Origin: an uncultured Gammaproteobacteria bacterium
GTDB lineage: Bacteria > Patescibacteriota > Patescibacteriia > Magasanikbacterales > UBA922
Direction of reading: 5' to 3'
Assembly (NCBI GenBank): GCA_964522435.1
Contig: CAZFUL010000006.1
Location: forward strand, 9,573 to 73,572
Length of the DNA stretch: 64,000 nucleotides
Shown here: positions 8,321-17,940 of the stretch, in pieces
Numbering within the stretch: position 1 is the first letter of the stretch
Layout of the letters: each line of letters starts with the position of its first letter
The notes under the pieces: generated by a model
What the model was told of the DNA's origin: nothing
The model's input: only the letters and a program-made list of their open reading frames with translations
The model's database searches: none
Translations under genes and position numbers: made by a program

Positions 8321-9226
8321 TCAATCGGCGAGTTCCCAGATGCCCGAGATGAGGGCGCCGCCAACAAGGCCGATAAGCGCAGAAGGAGCGCAGTCGTAGA
8401 GGTCGCTGGGACCTTCATCTTGCTCTCCGCACAAAGCGGCCATTCCGACAGCACCAGCTGCCATCGGCACCGCCCATTTGACGGCGGTGTAGGCATTGGA
8501 GTGGCTGCCGGCGGGCGGCGGGTCGATGAAGAGCATCCGTCCCCCGTCGAGGGGGATGGAGCACTCCCGCCCCTCTTCCACGCAGAGCGTGGCGAGGGCG
8601 TTGGGCTCCAACACTGCCTTCATGCAGGTCTCCAGGGACTTGGCCAAGATGGAGAGCGTATCTGCTCCCACCCCGGCCGAGTGGGCCACGGTGATCGCAC
8701 GGGCTTTGGCCTCGCACGCGGAGGTGACCAGACCTTGCTGGATCAGCCGGTCCAACTTGGCGTTGGCGGCGTCCAGCTTGGCTTGGGTTTCTTCGTCGTG
8801 CAGGGTCAGGGCGTCGGAAACGCCCTCGATGGCGCCCATGAGCTCCGTGTGCCGATCCTCTGCCTGCTTGCTGAGCAAGTCGAGCCGGTCGAGGACCGGA
8901 CGGAGGTTGACGCCACGTTCGCGAGAGGCGATGCGCTTCGCAGCGCGCTCGCAGGCCGCGACGAAACCGCGGGGGTCACAGCGCTCTTCGAAACAGCGCG
9001 CTGCTTCCTCCAGCTTCTCCTCACAGGTGCTCGCGTCGGCGCGGGAGGCGCCGTTCTTGAACTCCTTCGAAGCCGCCAGCATGTCGGCGGCAACGAGACG
9101 AGCGGTGGCCAGCGCACTGGCGGCCGCGTATCGGGGGTTGTTGGTCGCATCCCCGGTCGCCGAAGCGCCCGAGGGGAGAAACCCTGCCAGGAAGGCGAGG
9201 GCAAAAAAGAAACTGGAAAACTTCAT
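8321..9226 (-). CDS. Hypothetical secreted protein (signal peptide MKFSSFFFALAFLAGFLPSGASA), Ala-rich helical
   Basis: 301 aa. Good RBS (GGAGGAGAAAAAATC-ATG). A hairpin CCCCTGC-ctcttca-GCAGGGG lies between this and the upstream gene. Confidence 0.45.
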   Translation of the reverse strand: MKFSSFFFALAFLAGFLPSGASATGDATNNPRYAAASALATARLVAADMLAASKEFKNGASRADASTCEEKLEEAARCFEERCDPRGFVAACERAAKRIASRERGVNLRPVLDRLDLLSKQAEDRHTELMGAIEGVSDALTLHDEETQAKLDAANAKLDRLIQQGLVTSACEAKARAITVAHSAGVGADTLSILAKSLETCMKAVLEPNALATLCVEEGRECSIPLDGGRMLFIDPPPAGSHSNAYTAVKWAVPMAAGAVGMAALCGEQDEGPSDLYDCAPSALIGLVGGALISGIWELAD

Positions 9227-9272
9227 GATTTTTTCTCCTCCCCTGCCTCTTCAGCAGGGGGGCTCCATTGTT

Positions 9273-9875
9273 TCAGTTGTTGACCATGAGCCCGCAGCTT
9301 TCGCTGCAGATGGGTTCGGCCTTGGCGCGGTCGAAGCCGAGCTTGACCTGGTCGCTGACGCATTCTTTGATGCAGTCCGCGACCTCATCGCTGCCGGCCT
9401 TCGCCGGGGCGGCGGGCGCCGCGGGGGCGGGGGGGCTGCTGTCACGGCCGAAGCCGAGCAGCAGCGCCACCAAGAGCAAGCAGAGGACGATGGCGGCGAC
9501 GAGCGCCACCATCATTCCCTTGCCGTTGTTGCGGTTCTGCTGCCCGCGGATGAGGCCGGACAGATCCGTCGTTGCATCTTCCACGTGGCTCCGCACCGCG
9601 GAGGCCACGCGGCTCACAGCGCCGGGGGTCAGATCGACCTGCACCGGCGCCGCCACGGGCGCGGGGATGACCGCGGCCGCGGGAGTGGGGCTGGGCTTCG
9701 CCGGGGGCAGGGGCGGGAGCACCTTGGGAGGCGCGGCCGGCGTGGGAGCCGGCTTCACAGGCGCATGAGGGTTGTTGGGAGCGACCCCACCCGGAGGGGC
9801 GGGGGGCGGATTCGTGGTTCCTCCGGGAGGAGGAACCTGGTTGGGAGGCAGACTCCCAGTTCCGGTAACAGACAT
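9273..9875 (-). CDS. Pro-rich single-pass membrane protein with C-terminal Cys-containing ectodomain
   Basis: 200 aa. RBS AGGAGG 7 nt upstream of ATG. N-terminal PPxxP-rich low complexity, TM helix MMVALVAAIVLCLLLVALLLGF, C-terminus with 4 Cys. Confidence 0.45.
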   Translation of the reverse strand: MSVTGTGSLPPNQVPPPGGTTNPPPAPPGGVAPNNPHAPVKPAPTPAAPPKVLPPLPPAKPSPTPAAAVIPAPVAAPVQVDLTPGAVSRVASAVRSHVEDATTDLSGLIRGQQNRNNGKGMMVALVAAIVLCLLLVALLLGFGRDSSPPAPAAPAAPAKAGSDEVADCIKECVSDQVKLGFDRAKAEPICSESCGLMVNN

Positions 9876-10109
9876 TTTGACCTCCTAGGTCATGCGCCCG
9901 GGACACGGACGCGGTGTGAATGCGCTGTGCCCCGGGCCATGGGGTTGCGCGGTTGTGCTCTCTAGAAATGAAATTGGCCAAGCTAAGGGCAACACTACCC
10001 TTATGTTAGCCAATTCCATTCCATATATATATTCTCAAGCAAATTGTAATGAACCGTTTGTTCGCCATAGCCTTTATAGGGCAGTGGCGGTAGCAAGGCT
10101 ATTACCTTA

Positions 10110-10155
10110 CTATTGCCTGAGAAGAGACTCCTTCTCAAGCAACAATAGGCAATAG
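10110..10155. repeat. Nested inverted repeat at right junction of GC island (CTATTGCCT ... AGGCAATAG with inner GAGAAG/CTTCTC)
   Basis: ctattgcctgagaagagactccttctcaagcaacaataggcaatag. Confidence 0.5.
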
Positions 10156-10214
10156 AGGGATTTTTAGATAACGAGAGAGTATAGCATAAAAAAGAGCTTT
10201 TGTCAATATAACGA

Positions 10215-10245
10215 CAAAAAAAGTGGCAACTGAGCCACTTTTTTA
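10215..10245. terminator. Bidirectional rho-independent terminator (AAAAAAAGTGGC-aactga-GCCACTTTTTT)
   Basis: Perfect 5-bp GC-containing stem flanked by an A7 run and a T6 run. Lies 3' of the giant minus-strand gene. Confidence 0.8.
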
Positions 10246-10268
10246 GATAATACTCCCCTTTTATACTA

Positions 10269-13200
10269 TTACGCCGCATTCCTTACCACAGTCGTATCAG
10301 TCCCCTGTTTTGGTACCATCACTGGGTCAACCAGCTCTTGTTTTATTAATAAATCTAGCGGATAGAGCTCATACTCATTCCCAGCGTCCACCTGAAAGAC
10401 TGCTTGACGCACCCCATTAACTCGAGACCAAATAATCTCACCGGTTGTTGGTGTTCCCAAAAGGTCCATTTGTAATTTGCCCCCAGCCATTTGTGCTACT
10501 AATCTATCTGGGAGATCAAAGGCAATACTCTTCTTCGCTACCGCATCCCAAGAACGCAACGTAACCGCATCCCCTTTTCGTTCTAATACTATTGGAGTCT
10601 GTGCACTTGCTTGCGGAGCAAACTCAACAACGTTATTTTGATTTTGAGGAGCAGCTTCAGTTGGGGGTACGGCTGGTTTAGTCTCAACAGGAGCAACAGG
10701 TTGCTCTGTCTGTTGTTCTCCTATTACTGGTGGAACAGTTGCTTGAACAGGTTCGGGTAATTCCACAGGAGAGGCATATTGATCGTTTGTTACATCTGCT
10801 ACTCGATAATATTCATAACTCTTCGTCCCATTTGCTGCTTGTCCAGCATCCACACGGAAAAATGGTACTGTTTCTTTAACTGTTGGATCATAGCGAAATT
10901 GCACATCAACCGCAGTTGGTGTTTCAGCAATGGGCACAATTAATTTATTATCTTGCAGTTTTGATTCCCACGCAGCGGGTAACGTTATTGGTTGGGCTTG
11001 CCGTTGCGTTTCATTCCATACAGAAATTTGCTGCTTGCCTGATTCTACTGCGGGCAATACCACAATCGGTTTATCGGCTGTTGGGAGGAGTGATACATCA
11101 CTGCGATCAACCATCATGGGTTTACTCATAATCTCTGCCACCTTATCTTTCCATGCTCGGATCAAATCCTTCTTTTCTTCTGGATCAGTTATATCGGCGG
11201 TTGGATATTTCTTTACATAGTCTTTTGCAAATTCATCAAATGCTTTTTGACCATCTGCTCCCCGTTCTTGAAACAATGCGCGGGTTCTCATCTCGCGTAA
11301 TAGCGCTTTATCGGTGGTAATTTGTGTCACTTTGTTTTCAAATAGTTGTTTCTCTCGTAGTTGTTGTTCTTGTTTAAGATCAACAGCATCTGTTTTGGGT
11401 ATATTTCCGCCTCGCAACGCTTCCATATCCGTTTTCAACACCTTTCCATCATCAGTACGAATATACACCACTTGCTTGCCTTGTTCCGGGCGAATCCAAT
11501 ATTCTGCACGTTTGCCATTACTATTGGTCATGCCGCTGCGGTTGGTGGAATCTAATTTGTCTGGCAAGGTTGCGGCTACCACTTTTTGTGCATCTGCTTT
11601 TGATACCAGCGCATCCATTCCTTTATTTTTCTCGCCTTGCAATTCTGCCAAGGTTGTTTTCATCACCGTACCGGTATTGGTTTTAATATACACGGCAGCA
11701 TCTGGTTGTTTGCCAGTGACCCAATATTCATAGGCACCTTGTTTGCCTACGGCAATGCCCGTTCTGTTGCCACGAGTAAATTGTTCTGGCAACGCAGGTT
11801 TGGTAATGCGTCCTTCATCATCCAATTCTGCCTTAAGAATTTCTGATTTTGGTGCAAATCGCTGTTGTTCGTTAACTATTTCAAGCCGTTGTCTAGGCAT
11901 ATCAGTCAACGATGCTTCACGATTTAAATCAGATAACAATGCTTTTGCTTTTGCCCCTTCAAACTGATACACGCTTGCCTTTCCTTGTGCATCAACATGT
12001 TTCACAAATAAAAAGCTCTTCCCATCGATCGTTTTTATATACACTTCATTGGCTCTCTCTGTTGAACCAAATAACGCACTTCGTTCTAAGGCAAAGCCAT
12101 TAATACGTACTGCTTTGGGAGGGAGGCTGTCAATCTTAACAATACCATGTTTTTCTCCCAACGCGCCTAAACTATGTTTAGCTGTTTCTGCTGGAAGTAC
12201 TTTTTCTGGAAAAGATTTGGCACCATGCTCTTTAATAAACTCTTTGTCTGCGGTAATACCAATCGTCCCATCATCTTTGATAAATGGTTTAAATTCAATT
12301 TGTTTTCCATTTACTTCAAACAATGGTGTTTTGGTATAGGTGCGGCTGTTCATGTCCCACCCAGCATCTTTTGCTAATTCAACACGCCAACGATGCAATA
12401 CTTGATTATCATTCAAGGTAGTATATTCTGGATGCGCTATTCGTTCTTTTTCTATAATCAACGCTTTCATGGTAGCATCTTGTTGTAATGTATTTGCCAC
12501 ATGCAACACATTTTTACCACGCGCATCTTCACCCGCCAACGTAAATTTGTTTAAGTTTTTTTGCAGGTCACCTACCCCGACAGGTCGTTCGGCTGTTTCC
12601 ATACGCGATTGTACTGGTCTTACGACTTCACGATCTTGTGCTCCTGCATAACGCCCATCAGCACTGTCTTGCACGTGTTCTGGTTGTTCCGCAGTAACAT
12701 CTTCCAGTTTCATTCCTGTCATCTTGTTTATTTCATGATCCAAATGATGCGGACCATCCATCGTGGGTAAGGCATATCGTACACCGTCCACGCCAAGCCC
12801 CAACGCCGCAGTAAAAATACCAGCAGGCAATCCTGCTTTAAGTGCTTCGAGAATCCGCGTTTGTTGAGATTGTGTTGGTGAGCCTTTTTCTAAAGTGGTC
12901 AATTTTGCATTGAGTGCTTTTAATGTTGCTTCGTTTATCTTGCCATTAGCGAGTGCACGCTCCAACTTAAGAATGGCATCCTGTTTCGCTTGTTCAGCAA
13001 ATTCTCCTTTTTTATAATAACTTTCTACACTACGACGCAATGTTCCGCTGGTTAAGCGTGCTGCGGTTTTGGCAAGGATATGTCCACTACTCATGGCAAG
13101 TGTTCCCCCAACCAGTGCACCACCAACAAAAGTAAAGATATCGCCAACAAATCGTTTATTGCCTTTCGCATTCAAAAATAAATCACCGCTAAATAAATTC

Positions 13201-16200
13201 GCAATACCACGTGCAGCAACACGAGATAGTTCTATCTTGTTTGATTTTGCATTCGTATCGTAGGCTTGTGGATATAATTCTGCATTGCGTCTGCCAACAT
13301 TCGCGACTAATTTTTCCAAGCGATATTCTGTTTGTCGCTCAATATTATTTTTTCCTTTTTCATTTGCCATGAGCGTATTCAAACTTGCCTCATGCACGGT
13401 TTTACTCGTAAATTGTAGATTCGTTTTACTGTTAAATCCTTCGAGCATCGTCTGCATAGCAGCAGCAAAACGTTCCTGACCAAACGTTCCTTCTGTTTGT
13501 GCAAATACGGCTCGTTGTCGTGCGTCTGCCTCTTGTACTACGTCAGCCCGTGCGCTTTGTTTTTTATCTAGTTGTCCTCGCTTTAATACGCGACGAACTA
13601 ACGAGGTTGTTCCAAATGCCAAACCACCCACAAGAGCCGCTGGTGCGGCAACCGTTGTGGCTAAACCAGCAACTGACAATCCTGCTCCGGCTGATCCGAG
13701 CAATACCCCGAGGTGTTTTTTGGTTCCGCGTACTAATCTATCCGCAAAACCAAAATTTGCTTGATCCATGAGTTCTTGTTGTTGATCGTAACTTCCCAAC
13801 GCACTATCACGAGCAATTTGTCTACTCAAGGCATCGTTGGCCATTGTTTGCATGACCTCTTGCATCATAAAGCAAAGCTGACTCTGCCATGTTTGCAAAA
13901 ATTGATCAAACGATGTGAAACCAGCTTTTTTAACACGCAATTCTAACAAGGCTTTCTTTGCCCCATCAATACCATCAAAAATATTTTTAAAGGCTGCTTC
14001 TACTTGGCGAGGATCTGGATTCTCTATCAACGACCGATATAGATCATTAAGCATGGTTGCACTAAACAGCTCTTTTAATTCCTCCATGCCACTCTTTTTT
14101 CGTTCAATAGTATAGATCTTTTGATCAACATTCTGGCGCCAAACAGATTCAAGAATACGTTGCTCTTGATTACTTTCTAGATGCTGTAACACAATTTCTT
14201 TTTGTCCGTTCTGTTCTTGTATAGCAACAACGACAAACGACGCGGTCGTACCATCTTGGCTTTTAAAAGTTACCACCTCACCCACTTTTGCGGGCTTGCC
14301 TTCGACCATAAATATCTCTGCGTTTCTTTTTTGTTCTTTTGCCGCGTCAACCGCAGCGTCCACCATGCCATGTAATTCGAGGGTTGCGCCATCGGCAACT
14401 TGCTTGCCCATAAAGGCTTGTAGTGTTGCTTCATCCCAAACAACCTCTGTCCCTTTATTGGATTTAAGGAGTAACTCTCCGTTTTCAGATAGTCCTTGTA
14501 CGGTTAATAGCAATACTTTTTTATCTTTACTTGTCCACTTAAGGGTAGCCCCAATCTCAAACGTTCGCCCAATAAATTCAATTGGCGTGGTTTTTTCTGG
14601 AGTTAACACAAAGTCTTGCCAGGTACTTGCGTCAAAGGTAAGCAATGCACCACCCATATCCAGTGCTTTTACTCGTAGCTGTGTACCATCGTCGTTTATA
14701 CCCACAATTTCATAGCGTTTTTTTGTATTCCCTGCTTTTTGTGCGTGATAAATATCTCCCACAAACAAGCGACGACCAGCAAAGGCAATGCCTTTAGGTG
14801 CTTCTTTCTTTGCCGTTGGTGTTTCTTTTTCTCCAACGAGCTCACCACTATCAAAGGCTGCTTTCCACGTATCTCTAGTAAAACGTTCTTCTATATCTGT
14901 TCCAAGCCGTTGCACCACAATTTCAGATCCTGTAGCTGTAGGAATAACACCCAAAACTTCTACCAAATACCCCGGATCTGGACTAACCATTCGTTTCCAT
15001 TTACTCTTTTTTGTCGGAGCACGTTCAAATGTTCCTAAAGCAATAGGATCATCCACTGGACGCACTTTTTCTTTTGCGGCTTGGGGTTCACCCATCAATT
15101 CAATTAATTTGGGTGTTGCCAAAACAGCCGCATCCCATTCTGCTTTGGTAAAATATACTTTTTCTGTTTTTCCTGATTGTTTTACGGCAATTTTGCCACT
15201 GTCTGGGTCAATTCCTAAAATTTCAATCGTATGTGGATTGGTTGGATCAATGAGGTTTTTCCATTTGCTGCCTTTTTTAGGTTGCTCTGCAAACGCAGCA
15301 AGCGCAACTTCATCATCGACAATGCGGGGTTCTGTGACAGGTTTTTTCTCATCTTTTACATAGATATCTCCATCGGCTATTGCTTTATCCCAATCCAATA
15401 GCGTCATTTCTTCCATTACACGTGTTCCAACTTTTTGAAACACAATACTCCCGTTTTCAGGATTAATACCCAATATTTCTATGGTATGTGCAGTACCATC
15501 TGATTTAATTCTTCCCCACTTACTATCTTTTGTTGGTTCTCCATCAAAATCTTCTAACGCGGTTTCATCATTTACAAAACGAATCTTTTCAGGTGCTGGC
15601 GCTTTATCTTTGTTGTCTTTTACAGAAATTGTTCCACTTGCCACTCCTGCATCCCAATCAGCAAGATCCATATATTCTTCATCTTGTTGTTTACCCAATC
15701 GATGAAACACTAATTGATTCGTATCTGGACGAATGCCTTTTATCACAATCGTATATCCTTGTTGTCCTGTTTTTTTGATTGTCCACTGTGCATCTTTTTT
15801 TGGTTCGCCAGCAAATTCTGCGAGTGTTGCTTCATCATTAATAACAATAACTCGTTCTTCTTTTGGAGGAGGAGTCTCTTTTTCGCCTTTGCGAGAAATT
15901 GTTTTTTCCACTACCACGCCATGATTCCAATCAGCTAAATCAATATACTCTTCATCTTCCGGTTTGCCAAAGCGATGCACAACAAGCTGCTCTGTATCAG
16001 GTCGAATTCCTTTTATAACAATCGTATAGGCTCGTTGACCATTTCGACGCACAGTCCACTGAGAATCTTTTCTTGGTTCTTCAGCAAACTCTTTCAGTGC
16101 GGCTTCGTCGTTAACCACTAAAATTTTCTCTTCTTTTGGAGGCGCTTGTTCTTTTTTGATTTCAATAAGACTACGATCGGCAAGTGCATCATGCCATTCT

Positions 16201-17375
16201 TGTTCAGTAAAAAATTCTTGATCACTCGTGTCTTGTCTTTGCAGTGCTAAACGTCCATAAGAAGTTACCCCTTTTACAATAAGTGTATGTGGTACCTTTT
16301 GACCAGTTTTTTTTCTTGTCCAACGACTATCAATATGAGGTGAACCGTCAAACGCTTCAAGCGATGCACGATCTTTGGTAATCGTCTCTGGTTGTGGTGG
16401 TTCTTTATCACTAATCAATTCTGCTAAAATATCCTCATTCCAATCTTGTTGTGTATAGAACACCTTATCACGACTTTGTTTTTTTATAGCAACAAGCCGT
16501 CCATCTTGAACACCTTTAATAACAAAAGGAAATTGTTTTTTACCATCATGAAACCAAAACGTGCTTCCTGCACGCGGATCCTGCATAAAACCCGCAAATG
16601 CTTCCTCTTCTGTTTGTAAGCCACGAGATTCTGGCGCTGCGGTTGTATCTGGTATATCTTCTATTCTGGCATGAAAATTATGTAACTCTTGTAGTGTGTA
16701 GGGTTGCGTATCCCCCTCGACAAATACACGTCCATCTTTTATTTTTTCCACAATAACAATTCCCCTAAACAAATTACCATCAGCCCCTTCTTGATCAAGC
16801 TCAATATGCATACCTGCACGGAGCTGTTTCTTTTGAAAATAAATGCTATTTTTTCGTATTTCCCAATCAGTCCCTGAAGCTTGAGATTCTGGCGAAGCAA
16901 CGGCACTAAGATTCGTTGTTGGTGGAGGAACAGACTCGTTATCTAACCCTTTACTTGCAAGAAAATCAGTTACCTGAATAAGCGGCACGTTTCTCGTTGC
17001 CGCTTGAAAACTTCGAGATAAGGCCGGAATGTCTACCTTTTTTCCCGGAGGTAATTCATCTAACACAACTAATTCAGCAACAATTTTTGCTTTTTCATTA
17101 CGAAGTCTCACTAATTGTTCGACAAATGGTCGTAATGCTGTTTGTGTGCTTTTTTGCATCAATGTTTTAATCGCTGCATCAATAGCCCTTAACCGTTGAT
17201 CAACTTGTTGTGCAATTTTTTTATTTTCGGCTTTCATTTCTTCAATCACCTGCCTCACCTCTTCTCGATATTCACCGACAGTTTGCAACGCAGCCTCTTT
17301 ATCAGCATGCAGTTCATGCAATGTTTCTACTTTCTTTTGTAAGTCTTCTAATTGTTGTTTATGTTGTCCAGGCAT
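10269..17375 (-). CDS. Giant (2368 aa) repeat protein without signal peptide: N-terminal coiled coil, ~10 copies of a ~90-100-aa module, Gly-rich hydrophobic segments
   Basis: Continuous ORF. Repeated modules such as ...YTIVIKGIRPDTEQLVVHRFGKPEDEEYIDLADWNHGV... recur with variation. Glycine-zipper-like TM segments (GLSVAGLATTVAAPAALVGGLAFG; FTFVGGALVGGTLAMSSG). Confidence 0.6.
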   Translation of the reverse strand: MPGQHKQQLEDLQKKVETLHELHADKEAALQTVGEYREEVRQVIEEMKAENKKIAQQVDQRLRAIDAAIKTLMQKSTQTALRPFVEQLVRLRNEKAKIVAELVVLDELPPGKKVDIPALSRSFQAATRNVPLIQVTDFLASKGLDNESVPPPTTNLSAVASPESQASGTDWEIRKNSIYFQKKQLRAGMHIELDQEGADGNLFRGIVIVEKIKDGRVFVEGDTQPYTLQELHNFHARIEDIPDTTAAPESRGLQTEEEAFAGFMQDPRAGSTFWFHDGKKQFPFVIKGVQDGRLVAIKKQSRDKVFYTQQDWNEDILAELISDKEPPQPETITKDRASLEAFDGSPHIDSRWTRKKTGQKVPHTLIVKGVTSYGRLALQRQDTSDQEFFTEQEWHDALADRSLIEIKKEQAPPKEEKILVVNDEAALKEFAEEPRKDSQWTVRRNGQRAYTIVIKGIRPDTEQLVVHRFGKPEDEEYIDLADWNHGVVVEKTISRKGEKETPPPKEERVIVINDEATLAEFAGEPKKDAQWTIKKTGQQGYTIVIKGIRPDTNQLVFHRLGKQQDEEYMDLADWDAGVASGTISVKDNKDKAPAPEKIRFVNDETALEDFDGEPTKDSKWGRIKSDGTAHTIEILGINPENGSIVFQKVGTRVMEEMTLLDWDKAIADGDIYVKDEKKPVTEPRIVDDEVALAAFAEQPKKGSKWKNLIDPTNPHTIEILGIDPDSGKIAVKQSGKTEKVYFTKAEWDAAVLATPKLIELMGEPQAAKEKVRPVDDPIALGTFERAPTKKSKWKRMVSPDPGYLVEVLGVIPTATGSEIVVQRLGTDIEERFTRDTWKAAFDSGELVGEKETPTAKKEAPKGIAFAGRRLFVGDIYHAQKAGNTKKRYEIVGINDDGTQLRVKALDMGGALLTFDASTWQDFVLTPEKTTPIEFIGRTFEIGATLKWTSKDKKVLLLTVQGLSENGELLLKSNKGTEVVWDEATLQAFMGKQVADGATLELHGMVDAAVDAAKEQKRNAEIFMVEGKPAKVGEVVTFKSQDGTTASFVVVAIQEQNGQKEIVLQHLESNQEQRILESVWRQNVDQKIYTIERKKSGMEELKELFSATMLNDLYRSLIENPDPRQVEAAFKNIFDGIDGAKKALLELRVKKAGFTSFDQFLQTWQSQLCFMMQEVMQTMANDALSRQIARDSALGSYDQQQELMDQANFGFADRLVRGTKKHLGVLLGSAGAGLSVAGLATTVAAPAALVGGLAFGTTSLVRRVLKRGQLDKKQSARADVVQEADARQRAVFAQTEGTFGQERFAAAMQTMLEGFNSKTNLQFTSKTVHEASLNTLMANEKGKNNIERQTEYRLEKLVANVGRRNAELYPQAYDTNAKSNKIELSRVAARGIANLFSGDLFLNAKGNKRFVGDIFTFVGGALVGGTLAMSSGHILAKTAARLTSGTLRRSVESYYKKGEFAEQAKQDAILKLERALANGKINEATLKALNAKLTTLEKGSPTQSQQTRILEALKAGLPAGIFTAALGLGVDGVRYALPTMDGPHHLDHEINKMTGMKLEDVTAEQPEHVQDSADGRYAGAQDREVVRPVQSRMETAERPVGVGDLQKNLNKFTLAGEDARGKNVLHVANTLQQDATMKALIIEKERIAHPEYTTLNDNQVLHRWRVELAKDAGWDMNSRTYTKTPLFEVNGKQIEFKPFIKDDGTIGITADKEFIKEHGAKSFPEKVLPAETAKHSLGALGEKHGIVKIDSLPPKAVRINGFALERSALFGSTERANEVYIKTIDGKSFLFVKHVDAQGKASVYQFEGAKAKALLSDLNREASLTDMPRQRLEIVNEQQRFAPKSEILKAELDDEGRITKPALPEQFTRGNRTGIAVGKQGAYEYWVTGKQPDAAVYIKTNTGTVMKTTLAELQGEKNKGMDALVSKADAQKVVAATLPDKLDSTNRSGMTNSNGKRAEYWIRPEQGKQVVYIRTDDGKVLKTDMEALRGGNIPKTDAVDLKQEQQLREKQLFENKVTQITTDKALLREMRTRALFQERGADGQKAFDEFAKDYVKKYPTADITDPEEKKDLIRAWKDKVAEIMSKPMMVDRSDVSLLPTADKPIVVLPAVESGKQQISVWNETQRQAQPITLPAAWESKLQDNKLIVPIAETPTAVDVQFRYDPTVKETVPFFRVDAGQAANGTKSYEYYRVADVTNDQYASPVELPEPVQATVPPVIGEQQTEQPVAPVETKPAVPPTEAAPQNQNNVVEFAPQASAQTPIVLERKGDAVTLRSWDAVAKKSIAFDLPDRLVAQMAGGKLQMDLLGTPTTGEIIWSRVNGVRQAVFQVDAGNEYELYPLDLLIKQELVDPVMVPKQGTDTTVVRNAA

Positions 17376-17378
17376 ACG

Positions 17379-17591
17379 TTAATCATCTAATTTGAGAATA
17401 GTATCTAAGGTGTGATGAATGTCTTTTTTTTCTTCTTCTCGAATACTTCTTTCAACCTCGAGTTCTAACTGTTCTGCCTCACGCAAAATCGCAGCCATTT
17501 TTTCTTGGCGTTCTTTATACAGAGTCGTCACGTCATCAACATCATGGTGATCTCTGTTGGGTGTTAGGGATGCGACAGGCATTTGATTCAT
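17379..17591 (-). CDS. Hypothetical small acidic coiled-coil protein (70 aa)
   Basis: ORF immediately upstream of, and co-oriented with, the giant gene (3-nt spacer). Confidence 0.3.
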   Translation of the reverse strand: MNQMPVASLTPNRDHHDVDDVTTLYKERQEKMAAILREAEQLELEVERSIREEEKKDIHHTLDTILKLDD

Positions 17592-17599
17592 AACAACAA

Positions 17600-17911
17600 T
17601 TACTGCATCGCCGCTTGAACGTCAGCGGCAAACTCTTGCAGGATACGTTCTACTTGCTCTTCATAATTTGGGACAGCGCTTTTCCAAAATGTTTGCCAAT
17701 CTTCTGCGGAACCATGCATGTCGCTGAGTAATCGAGAAAATTCTGCAAGTTGTTCTTGATCTAATTGGGGCATAAGCTCTAAGCCCATGCGTTGTTCCAA
17801 TTGCGCAGACAATTGCGGCACATAGGTTTGCTTTTGTGCGTCCGTTACATCAGATAAACCAACGAGGCTAAGCACTCGTTCAATATATTGTGATAAAAAA
17901 TCTTGTTGCAT
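17600..17911 (-). CDS. Hypothetical small acidic protein (103 aa)
   Basis: ORF co-oriented with 17379-17591 and the giant gene. Probably the first gene of that operon. Confidence 0.35.
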   Translation of the reverse strand: MQQDFLSQYIERVLSLVGLSDVTDAQKQTYVPQLSAQLEQRMGLELMPQLDQEQLAEFSRLLSDMHGSAEDWQTFWKSAVPNYEEQVERILQEFAADVQAAMQ

Positions 17912-17940
17912 AAAAAATGGTTAAAAAATGCTGTGTCAAA

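Larger units (their letters stand above)
5065..9995. other. Compositionally foreign GC-rich island (~68% GC vs ~40% flanks), Myxococcota-like gene content
   Basis: Abrupt GC shifts at ~5065 and ~9990. All three island genes are on the minus strand. Codon usage is GC3-saturated. Hairpins sit at both junctions. Confidence 0.8.

Noticed and set aside
8165-9965. Plus-strand ORFs 8165-9283 and 8496-9965 (372 and 489 aa)
   Set aside because: Overlap the minus-strand genes that have RBSs, signal peptide/TM features and sensible composition. Arg/Gly-rich junk translations typical of high-GC antisense frames.
10883-15938. Numerous 60-190-aa plus-strand ORFs
   Set aside because: All antisense within the continuous 2368-aa minus-strand ORF. 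No independent support.
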